Source: Epithemia pelagica
Lineage: Eukaryota > Protista > Bacillariophyta
DNA length: 64,000 nt
Direction: 5' to 3'
Assembly (NCBI GenBank): GCA_946965045.2
Contig: OX337228.1
Coordinates: 806,001-870,000, forward strand
Shown: in pieces, positions 31,359 to 41,436 of the stretch
Position numbering within the stretch: the stretch's first letter is position 1
Layout: the number at the start of each line of letters is the position of its first letter
Notes under the pieces: model-generated
The model's input: the letters and a program-made list of their open reading frames with translations, nothing else
Told to the model about the DNA's origin: nothing
Database searches by the model: none
Translations under genes and position numbers: made by a program

Positions 31359-31726
31359 CGGGAATCAAAGTCTTTTGTCACACAAACTATCGGCGTTCTG
31401 ATTTCCGATTTTCCACCAACCTTTTTTTTGTCTGTTTCGTTTTTTGGATGCTCCCAACAGAATCGCGTTGTACGTTGGTTGTTGTTGGTCGATGGAACTT
31501 GAACCGTTTCGTGGAAAAAGCAGTTGTTGGCAATTCATTCTTTGGAGATTTCTTAGTTTGCCTGGAGCCTTGTGGAAAGGGGGCCGATAGCGCCACCAGA
31601 ACCCTTTTCATTGTTCCTATTGAAATTCCTATTGCGGTTTCCGCAGTTTCGGCGTGAATCCACCTCGACCAAGTCGTTCTTTCCCCTGGTAGACCCGCAC
31701 AAGTATCACAGAAATCCATTTTCATT

Positions 31727-34700
31727 ATGCGGAACCACAAAAGACCGAAGCATCACAATTTCAAGAACCATCGAAAGTCGTTTCCCCTCGCGAAATCTCC
31801 CCATGCTCCGTATCGTTCTCAGGAAGATTCCAGGAAGAGACAGCGGTCCTCTTGGTCACCCAACGGCACAATAGGACCATCACTGTCTCATGGTAGGAAC
31901 AAGCATCGAAGTGAAATATTCCAACAATTCAATGACAATAAGGACGACGATCGTGACAAGCGGCACGAGACTCCTGCGAATGCCCGTGATCCAGAACCCC
32001 GTGACGAGCACCGATCTGAGGCACCCGCGGCGGACGACGCAGCCACTAATAATAAACCGTCATTGAATTCCTTGACAACAAATCATGCTCGGAAACGACG
32101 ACGATCGGAACAAAATCGAATTGACTTTGTCCATGCTCGAGGACCATCCGAGGCCTTTCGTCCCTATATCTTTGGCCAATCCAAAACGCAAGACAAAATT
32201 GGAAAGGACCATGAACCATCACGGACCACAAAGTCAGTAGATCAAGAGAAGCCGAGAAAAGAAACGGAGTCGGAGCGTTTGCTGTCACAGCCAAAGGAAG
32301 CCACGAGGACGACGAATCCTCCTGGGAGTGCAACGGAGCATCCACACTCTTCCACAGAATCACCGTCTTCTACAACTCAGGCCCCGTTGTCATCACAGTC
32401 GGACAATCTACTATTGTCGGGTCGTTTACTGCAGGATGTACGAACCGATTCTTGGGGTTCTCGTCCGAGAACCAATTCCATTACCTCCAATGAGCTCAAG
32501 TTGCCACAGATTGGGTTGTGCAACGAAGGATATGTCTGGACCTTGCATGAATGGCACTCCTCCTCTAGCTCCCATTTTCGTGACAAAACTGAGAATGCTT
32601 CTATGAGGACCATATCCATGACACTACCACCCAAGGGATTGACCAATTTGGGTAATACATGCTTTTTGAACAGTACAATCCAGTGCTTGGCTCATATACC
32701 TTCCTTTGTACAAACCTTGCTGCACTTGCCCAATGATGACGAGGACGACGCAAACGGTAAAGGTGCCAACAAGAAACGGCCACCCAATCAGGGTAAACTC
32801 GTTACCTCGATTGTGCGCACTTTGATGCGCCGAGTCCATTATGCACCCAAGAATGAGTCGCACCAACATGCTCACAGCAAACAACCGCAGGTGGAACCTC
32901 GTCAAATCGTCCAAGCCCTCACATGGTTGGGTCGAGTGGGTCATGCCCCGGCGGCGTCCTCCCCGAAACAGTTTTATCATCAAGCGTCGGCCAACAGCAA
33001 ATTTCGACCCGGTCGACAAGAGGATGCCCATGAATTTTTGGTCCATCTCTTGGATGCCATGAGTCATGGGGAATTGCATCATGCCGGAATCTATCCCCAT
33101 GTGAGTGGGTGGCGTGATAAGTTGCCCACTCCACGCTTGGAAGAAACCACCTTTGTGGTAAGTTGGCGACGAGAAGATGCGCTACTCGCCCGGAAACTTG
33201 GGTATTCCAGGAACAAAGGCTTTCACCTGTTCGACTGGTGGATCAGTCTCACTTTTGTTGTCTGTTTTGCGCTGTTTTTGACGATCATCGTTCGGGATAC
33301 GTGGATGCTCCTGTAGCATAGAGTGTTTGGCGGGTATTTGCGCAGTCAAGTGCGTTGTACCAATTGCGGCTACAATAGCAACACGTATGATCCTTTTTTG
33401 GATTTGGCCTTGGAGATAAGTCACAAATCCTGTCATAGTGTGGGACAGGCGTTGCAAGAGTTTTGTCGACAAGAGCGATTGGATGCGGACAACCAATGGA
33501 AATGTTCCCAGTGTTCCAAACGTGTTCGGGCGTTAAAGCAAATGACGGTTTATCGACCACCTCTTACACTGTGTATTCAATTGAAGCGATTCACCTTTCA
33601 TCAAAACGGCTTTGGCATGGGTGGCAATGGAAAGTGGCAGTCTCGACACTATCATTCAAAGCATGGCCGGTGGGGTGGAGGCGGTGGTGGTGGCAGTGGA
33701 CGAAAGATTACCAAACCTATTGAGTTCCCCCTACAATTAAAGTTACCCCTGAGTGATGGGCGTACCTGTGATTATCAACTCATGGGTTTCGTGACGCATT
33801 GGGGACAGAGTGCCACATCGGGACACTACACAGCGTGCATTCAAAAGCCCATTGTACCCTCCCACCCCCACAAACGGTCGCCCAATCAACAATCTCCATC
33901 TCCGGCGGTTCGATGGTTCCATGCAGACGACTCCTTTGTGGAACCGATTTCAGAAGAAGGCGTCCTACGACGAAAGAGTGACGCCTATCTCTTGTTTTAT
34001 GCTCGAAAGACAGTCCCCGTCGTCCCTCCAACAGCAAAACCATCCGTGTCCAATTCGCCTTTGCACACCCACCATCCATCCAGCACAGCAGCGAAAACAA
34101 CAAACCCAAAGACGAAGCACAATGATGCACCGCCAGGGGCAAAGCCACAACCACGTTCCCGACAGAACGAGGATCGGTCTCCGCCCACAGAAAAAGGAGC
34201 ACCACCGAAAGAGGACCATGCATCCAATAAGGAAGCAGATTCAGGAAAGCGCTTTGTTAATGGTACAACAACTGACGGCAACACGGCCAGACATCATCCC
34301 CGCGCTCCTTCTCCAACCCAGGGATTATCGTATCAAGAAACGGTGGATATGATGAATGGCAAGACACGACGCGATACTGGACAGACAGACCAACAACGTG
34401 ATAAAAACGGGCCTTCCAAGAATACAGCAAGGGATGGTGCAACGAACCACAATCACACCAATCCTGGTACTGTAGGTCGTGGAGAGCCTACAGTCCGGGA
34501 ACGACTCCCTAAAAAGGAGCCAAAGAAATCATCCAAAGACCAGATACCTTCGGATAGCACATACAAAGACGAGCAGGAGACAAAGACTGCTTACGGGGAA
34601 GCGTCTCAATTATTGAAAGACAAGCGTGAGGATCATACTTCCGCGCATCAAGGAGTGAAAAAGCAAAAGTCCAGAAGACCCTTGGATATCGCTTCAGACG

Positions 34701-36463
34701 AGGAGTGGTGTTCAGACGACGACCCTTATGGTGAGGAGTATATCCATGGTCCGCGCGTTCCTACTTCTGAATATGAACAAGCGACAAAGCAAAAGTCCAG
34801 AAGACCTTTGGATATCGCTTCAGACGAGGAGTGGTGTTCAGACGACGACCCTTATGGTGAAGAGTATATCCATGGTCCGCGTGTTCCTATGTGTGAATAT
34901 GATCGAGCGGCAAACCAAAAGCAGATGAACAACGATGCACAACCAGGGACAAAGCCACAACCACGGGATCGATCTCCCACAGAAATAGAAATATCCAGGA
35001 AGGACCATGAATCAAATCAGGAAGCAGATTCAGCAAAGCCCTCTGTTAATGGTACAACAACTGACGGCAACACGGCCAGACATCATCCCCGCGCTCCTTC
35101 TCTGACCCAGGGATTGTCGTATCAAGAAACGGTGGATTTGATGAATGGCAAGACACGACGCGATACTGGACAGACAGACCAACAACGTGATAAAAACGGG
35201 CCTTCCAAGAATACAGCAATGGATGGTACAACCAACCACAATCGCACCAGTCCTGGTACTGTAGGTCGTGGAGAGCCTACAGTCCGGGAACGACTCCCTA
35301 AAAATGAGCCGAAGAAATCATCCAAAGACCAGATACGTTCGGATGGCACATACAAAGATGATCAAGAGACAAAGACTGTTTACGGGAAAGCGTCTCAATT
35401 ATTGAAAGACAAGCGTGAGGATCATACTTCCGAGCATCAAGGAGTGAAAAAGCAAAAGTCCAGAAGACCTTTGGATATCGCTTCAGACGAGGAGTGGTGT
35501 TCAGACGACGACCCTTATGGTGAGGAGTATATCCATGGTCCGCGCGTTCCTACGTCTGAATATGAACAAGCGACAAAGCAAAAGTCCAGAAGACCCTTGA
35601 CAATCGCTTCAGACGAGGAGTGGTGCTCAGACGACGACCCTTATGGTGAAGAGTATATCCATGGTCCGCGCGTTCCTTTGTTTGAGTATGAACATGCGGC
35701 AAACCAAAAGTCCAGAGACTCGCCACTTGGTCGGCGCGACAGATCTTCTTACGGTGAAGACGATGTGAACAATACAGACGACAAGATGAACTCCGGGAAT
35801 GACAAACTCGATGGTTCGGACAAGGACAAGTTGGGAAGGGGCTATGGTGAGACAGAAGCGCCAGGACAGAGTAGAAAACCCGTGCGTGCCAAAACGACAA
35901 AAGTTGTTTTGGATCGAGGTCCAGGCCGTGAAAAGGTAGAACGTGTTGTCGGTCAGGCCAAATCCAAACCATGGCGTCCCAAGTCTGGCTTTATGGACTC
36001 GGGAGAGAAGCAGGAATCCACAAACAGTCATGGGCGCCGAGATCTTTTGGGTAACATTACCACAGATCCATGGGAGGAGGAAATGGGAATGACAGAGTCC
36101 ACCTCTCGTTCTGTGGGCCACAAGAACAACATCCATGTTGGCAACAAACAATATGATTCAAGGCAACGAAGGAAAGACTTGGTGTCACAACTTAATCACG
36201 ACCAGGCGGCTTTGAAACGGAAGCTCTACCCAAATCGATGGGATGCAGCCTTGGATGCAGGAAAACGCAAGAAGGTCAAGGACGGGGAGGAATCGGCTAC
36301 TGGGCAACACAATCAACAACAACGGATTTTGGCAGGAATTCAACATGTGGGCCGTAATCGACACCGCAGTGATCAACGGCTGCCTCACCGTCAGCACTCT
36401 AGATCTAGAACACCAAATTTCTCCTCGCGAAAACGACGCTATGGAACGCCAAGGAGGAAGTAA
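31727..36463 (+). CDS. Ubiquitin-specific protease, USP36/USP42/UBP23-like; 2 exons, about 1,525 aa
   Basis: Cys box GLTNLGNTCFLNSTIQCL, GRQEDAHEFL, Zn fingers CTNC and CSQC, His box GHYTAC, and C-terminal WDAALDAGKRKKVK resembling the USP36-type tail. Phase-0 GT-AG intron 33158-33316 (159 bp) joins the two long ORFs. Confidence 0.92.
34121..35708 (+). repeat. Intragenic tandem duplication (about 790 bp x2), each unit containing two 126-bp (42-aa) repeats
   Basis: Units at about 34121-34920 and 34925-35708 share long near-identical stretches. KQKSRRPLDIASDEEWCSDDDPYGEEYIHGPRVP occurs four times (starts 34661, 34787, about 35451, about 35577). Confidence 0.95.
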
Positions 36464-36616
36464 AGTATTTCTAAGGTCGTTATTGTCCCATGAAAGTTTA
36501 CCATATATACTTCATCTTCCCCCTTAACTCTTGTTCTTCCCTTAAGTCCTGATTGTATGCCGCACCTAGATAGAGACTCGAATTTCCTTCAACCTCGTTC
36601 TATCTGCTGTCGTCTT

Positions 36617-39600
36617 TCATTCCGATTGCGGAGGAAAGGTGCCATTGAGAACCACATGGGTCATGAGCGGCTGAATGCCGACTTCTCGGTAAGCTTGAGC
36701 CGCCTTTTGATATCCCTTGCCAAAAATCTCATGATCGTCCGATTCAATGCAAAACCGAAAATACTGTCGGAGTTCCTCATCCGTCGGCCCACTACTGCTG
36801 GTCCCCCACACTGCAGGAGCGTGACTAGTATCAGTCTCTGTGGAGTCCGAAATGGGATCCAATCCCTCGTTCAAAAAGAGCATGGCCACCAACTGCGCCA
36901 ATCCTTCTTCCACTTGTGGATCCAGGGGAACTTCCTCATAATTGTCGGGATGCAATTTGATCCACGCATGTGTCGCTTCATGAGCCAATATACTGGCCGT
37001 CAAATCCCGGGGAAGACCCAACAAGCACATGATGGCAAAAATGGTCGTCTTGCTGCTGTTGTTGTTGGTGGTGTTGGTGGATTCGTCTTGATAATAATAT
37101 TTGAATCCCTGGGAATCACGGTCCAAGGCTTCAAAACTACTACTGCTCCAATTGAATTTCATGGCTGGCATTTTGAGACGATGACAATGATCTCGATCGG
37201 TCAAGCAAAGGCCTTGCGTCATGATTTGCGATGATGACGACGACGACGAGGCAGTGTTGGTTGACAAACGTGCATGACTCCCAAACGAGACGGAAGCCGC
37301 CCGTGCCTTTTGTTGTTGCAAATCTTCGGAACAGACAATCAAGACGGGAAGATTGCGCATTTCGTCCCAGACTGCTAATTTCATTTGATGTTCAAAAAAG
37401 GAAATGACTTGATCCCAGAGAGGTTGCACATCCTTTTCATCGGTAATGACGGTACGACAACACGCAAAACAGACGCATCGACCGGCATCGTCCAAATCGG
37501 CAAAGGGTTCGTCCATGGGTTCAAATCGATGACATCCCGTACATCGTCGACACACGGTGCTGGATGTTGTTCCAGCAGTACTCATCATGTTGTTGTTGTT
37601 TGTATGCATGGTACCCGTATTGTATCCACTCCAACTCGTACCATAGGCTTGTTGTGGATCGGGTGCATGATGCGGACACATGCGTTCGTGTTCAAAAAAG
37701 GGATGTTTAACATAGAGGACTGTTCCATCGGGACCTTTGGGAATGAGTTGTTTGCAAACGACACAAATATCTCGTGGTGTGGGTGGCAAACAGGCGGCAT
37801 GGTAGGGGACCCAATGATGTGTCGTTGTCGTTGTTGTCGTGGTTGTGACGGGTCGACACATGTTACTGCTGCTGCTGGTTTCGGAGAGGGGTGGTCGAAA
37901 GCCAAATTTGCTACTCACATCAATCTTGGTATGACAGGCGGCACAGGTAAAGCATTCCGGATGATACAATCGATCCTTGGCTCGTAAAAAGGTGCCATGA
38001 CTCAATCCACATTTGGCACAGACATTGGTAAACGTGTTGGTGGTGGGACGGGGAGGAATGGCCGATGGAATGGCACTCAGTGTCGTCTTGGAATTGCTAT
38101 TGGACGTTGTGGTTGTCGTCAGGGAAGGGCCACTGGTTGGACTGTTACTCCGACTCCTCGTTGTCGTAGTGGTGCTCTTATTGGGGGTCGTGGTGGTGGT
38201 TGTCGTCGTGGGCAAGGCCAAGGGAGGAGGAGGAGGAATTCCAGCAGGTAAAATGGCCGTCAAGGCTGGGGAAGACGACTGCGATGTGGCGGGGGAGGTA
38301 TAGTGTGTGCGTGGGGGTGGACGATCCATCATGGTGGTGGAAGAAGTGGAGGAAAAACTGGCGGCTCGTCGCACTCCTCCTCCACCTCCCTGGGAGGACT
38401 GTCGCAATCGTTCTTGCGGAGGTGGTTTCTTGTTGCTTTTATTGGAATCTTCGGGAGGAGGAGCATCTCGGAATGGACGGAGCCGTTTCCACAACGACTG
38501 TGAGGAAGAGGAGGACGATGTCAAGGGAGAATTGGGAGCCGATCGAATGGGATGCGGTGGAACTCTCCCAAGACGATGATTCGTGGTGTCGTCATTGGTT
38601 CCATCTACGGCTTCTCCTCGAATGCGAGCTGGTGAATTGGGGGAGGAAAAGGACGAGGCATAGGGTGGCAATCGATGGTGCAAGGAGGATGAGGATGACG
38701 AGTTCAAGAGCAGGGGACTGGCAGGTTGTTTCCGTCTCCACCACTGTTCTTCTTCTTCTTGTGGTTCGTTTTGGTTTTCCTCCTTGTTTGTGTTGTTGTC
38801 GTCGAGAGAGGAAGCACGAGAACGGCTCGGAGTAGTGGCACTACTACCAGGACTCGTCGTCGACAAGGGATTCTGCTGAGGATTGTTCGTTTTGAGTTTG
38901 TGTCGATCGTTGCGCAGGGGTGCGACAAAGGAAATTTGACGTTCTCCCATGGGTCGTAACAGCAATGGGTCGTCATCCTGGTCGTCTGCATCGTGTTGTT
39001 GTTGTTCTTCCATGGTGGCAAACAAATCTTGCAATTGATCTTCGGTCAAATCTCGCAAACTTCGACCCGTGGCCGCCATGAGACGGGCCAAGCGTTCGTC
39101 ATTGTTGTTGTTGTTGTTGGGCGGTTCCTGGTTGTGGTTCTTGTTGTTGTTGTTGTCGTCGTTGGTGGTGGTAATGGCAGTGTCTGGAACGGGTCCACTG
39201 GTGGTGGTTGTGGGAGGAGAGGAACCGGCCAAAACTTCTTGTACTTGAATCCGACGTGCCAAGACAAAGTCTTGATCGGTAGTTTCCTTGGAGGAGGATT
39301 GAGGGGTATTCGTCGTTCCTATTTCTGGTTCGGGTTTTAATGGTTCGGGTGGTCCTCCTCCTCCACCCAAGGGAACAATTCGAACCGTCGGAGGAGGAGG
39401 AGATGTTGGTGGTGGAGCCAATCCTACCACCACCGGAGGAGGATAGTCATAGATGCTGTGACTTGTGGTCTCTCTACCACCACCACCACCGAGCGGAACA
39501 ATGTTGGGAGGCCGAGGAGGAGGAGGATCGTAGGAAGGATAAGATGATGATCGTGGTGGATAGTAGGCACCCTCAGCAGAATGAGGAGGAGGATAGGATG

Positions 39601-40111
39601 GTTCTGGAGGATAGTAGGAATTTCTGGTTCGAACATTCGGTTCTGGAGGAGGATAATAGTCCGCATAGGGGTGGTGGTGATGAGGACCACCGCTGTGGTG
39701 GTGGTGGTGATGCTGCTGGCTGTAGTGGGGAGGAGGATTGCTGTAGTACTCGTGAGGATATTCCGTGTGGTGATGGTGAGGATTGTACAGCGGCGGAGGA
39801 TCCGACAATGGCATTATTCTTCGATCTGGAGGAGGCGGAGGAGGATGATGCAACGGCGCATGCTGTGATGAAGAAGAAGCATGTGTCGGACTGGAACCTG
39901 TGGTTCCCACCAAATCGAGTTGCGCAAACTGTCGTGCCAAGGCCAAATCTCGTCGTTCTTGTTCCTCGTCTTGCAGACTACTGTGAGAATGATGAAGGGG
40001 CGGATGATGATGAGTGGGTTGTTGCTCTTGAAATTGCAAGTGTCGTGCCAAGGCTTCGTCCTCTTGTTCTTGTTGCTCTTGTTGTTGTTGTTGTGGATGA
40101 TGAAAACTCAT
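36617..40111 (-). CDS. DA1-like protein: UIM-like motifs, LIM and LIM-like Zn domains, C-terminal HExxH metallopeptidase (1,164 aa)
   Basis: UIM-like EDEALARHLQ, RDLALARQFAQ, QDFVLARRIQ, DERLARLMA; LIM CAKC...HPECFTCAAC; LIM-like CVVC...HPFF...MCPHH...RCTGCHRFE...CFAC; peptidase LAHEATHAW and VEEGLAQL. Confidence 0.92.
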   Translation of the reverse strand: MSFHHPQQQQQEQQEQEDEALARHLQFQEQQPTHHHPPLHHSHSSLQDEEQERRDLALARQFAQLDLVGTTGSSPTHASSSSQHAPLHHPPPPPPDRRIMPLSDPPPLYNPHHHHTEYPHEYYSNPPPHYSQQHHHHHHSGGPHHHHPYADYYPPPEPNVRTRNSYYPPEPSYPPPHSAEGAYYPPRSSSYPSYDPPPPRPPNIVPLGGGGGRETTSHSIYDYPPPVVVGLAPPPTSPPPPTVRIVPLGGGGGPPEPLKPEPEIGTTNTPQSSSKETTDQDFVLARRIQVQEVLAGSSPPTTTTSGPVPDTAITTTNDDNNNNKNHNQEPPNNNNNNDERLARLMAATGRSLRDLTEDQLQDLFATMEEQQQHDADDQDDDPLLLRPMGERQISFVAPLRNDRHKLKTNNPQQNPLSTTSPGSSATTPSRSRASSLDDNNTNKEENQNEPQEEEEQWWRRKQPASPLLLNSSSSSSLHHRLPPYASSFSSPNSPARIRGEAVDGTNDDTTNHRLGRVPPHPIRSAPNSPLTSSSSSSQSLWKRLRPFRDAPPPEDSNKSNKKPPPQERLRQSSQGGGGGVRRAASFSSTSSTTMMDRPPPRTHYTSPATSQSSSPALTAILPAGIPPPPPLALPTTTTTTTTPNKSTTTTTRSRSNSPTSGPSLTTTTTSNSNSKTTLSAIPSAIPPRPTTNTFTNVCAKCGLSHGTFLRAKDRLYHPECFTCAACHTKIDVSSKFGFRPPLSETSSSSNMCRPVTTTTTTTTTHHWVPYHAACLPPTPRDICVVCKQLIPKGPDGTVLYVKHPFFEHERMCPHHAPDPQQAYGTSWSGYNTGTMHTNNNNMMSTAGTTSSTVCRRCTGCHRFEPMDEPFADLDDAGRCVCFACCRTVITDEKDVQPLWDQVISFFEHQMKLAVWDEMRNLPVLIVCSEDLQQQKARAASVSFGSHARLSTNTASSSSSSSQIMTQGLCLTDRDHCHRLKMPAMKFNWSSSSFEALDRDSQGFKYYYQDESTNTTNNNSSKTTIFAIMCLLGLPRDLTASILAHEATHAWIKLHPDNYEEVPLDPQVEEGLAQLVAMLFLNEGLDPISDSTETDTSHAPAVWGTSSSGPTDEELRQYFRFCIESDDHEIFGKGYQKAAQAYREVGIQPLMTHVVLNGTFPPQSE

Positions 40112-40703
40112 AATGAAGAAGATGATGATGGAGACATGTGGGAGCCGGTTCTCTTTGGTTAATGGTGGTTTTGTGGTGTTGCCGTAATCTCTCTTCTCTC
40201 TTTTCTCTCGAGAACGAGAGCATATAGAGTGGGAGTCAGAATGATTCTACTACTCGAAAGCGCCTCCTCCTCCTGTGTCTTTTGTTTTGTTCTTACAATG
40301 TCTGTTCCCGCAACATGAAGGGACCATTCATGCGAGCCACGTTCAATAGAGAGAGCCGACGACGACGACGACCGAAAGACAATGGAAAGATCACAACGAG
40401 AGGATGGCCAGAAATGTATTATTAGAGAGCTATTATAATATAAAATGTCTATGTCTTCTCTCTCTCTCTAAAAAGTGGGGGCCAAAGGCCAAAGGGTTCC
40501 AAGTTCCAAGGAGGCAGAGACTATTGCCCGCGACAGAATGGAACACAACTGCCCTCATATTGACGGAGTGACGCGACATGTGTCACCTGTCAAATAACGT
40601 CACTCCATGTGCCTACAACAGGTAGGTACTCCTATTCCATTCAAACATCAACACATTATTTTTCTCTAGTAGAGGTAGGCAGGCCTGGAGGTGTTGCACG
40701 GGC

Positions 40704-40866
40704 CTATGCGCTTTGGGAACGTGTGCATGTCCAGACTACCACTATTTTTACAGATATAATGGTCTTGCTACCGGAAGGCTCTACCTAGCTAGTTGTAGGA
40801 GTGGCTGGGTCTATGCGCTTTGGGAACGTGGGAATGTCCAGACTGCCACTCCTACTATTTCCAGAT
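40704..40866 (+). repeat. Two-copy degenerate direct repeat (about 52 bp, period 107 bp) in the DA1/BRWD divergent intergenic region
   Basis: ctatgcgctttgggaacgtg is identical at 40704 and 40811, followed by the related tgtccagact(a/g)ccact...cagat. Confidence 0.85.
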
Positions 40867-41436
40867 GTGGTCTCTCAGGCGCTACCCCATTTCGTCGAAC
40901 GTCTCTTTCCGACACATTCCGTCCTATTGGACAGAGGAGTCGCCCATCCGCCTCTCCCATAAAATCGAACAACGAGTGTCGTGGGTGTGTGTTGTTTGGT
41001 CGGATGGCATCCCTCCTCCGGTTACTCTTTCCACCACAGTACCGTACTCGTTGGGGGACCACGAGGGGGCATCCCAATAACGCCGGACAAGTAGAGGACT
41101 GGCGCCCATTCTTCGAGTTGGACGGCGATCACGCATACCATATATTGGACTGGCGCTTTCGACGTTTCCGGCGTGGTACCGCCACACGAGCACGCGCGCG
41201 CAAGAGGACCACCCGCAATCGACAGCAGACCATGGCATCCCTTGGCCGTTTCCTGATTGTTCTGGCGGCGTTTTACTCGCGTTCCACACTTTGGAGCATT
41301 GATTCCAGAAATCCCCAACAACAAAGGCTCCGTGTGTCTCGCATCATTCACATCTTTTCTCTGGATTGGATTTTGGGGTGAGACGATTGCCGTGAATCAT
41401 CTGATCTAGTTTCATCCTAGCAAAAACTATAGGAAG

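Noticed and set aside
34661-35700. CRISPR-like appearance of regularly spaced repeats
   Set aside because: The repeats are in-frame coding units of a eukaryotic USP with no unique spacers, and there are no cas genes.
40690-40699. GGTGTTGCAC matches the reverse complement of the sequence next to the 3' LTR (20299-20308)
   Set aside because: Only 10 bp with no extension; compatible with chance in 64 kb.
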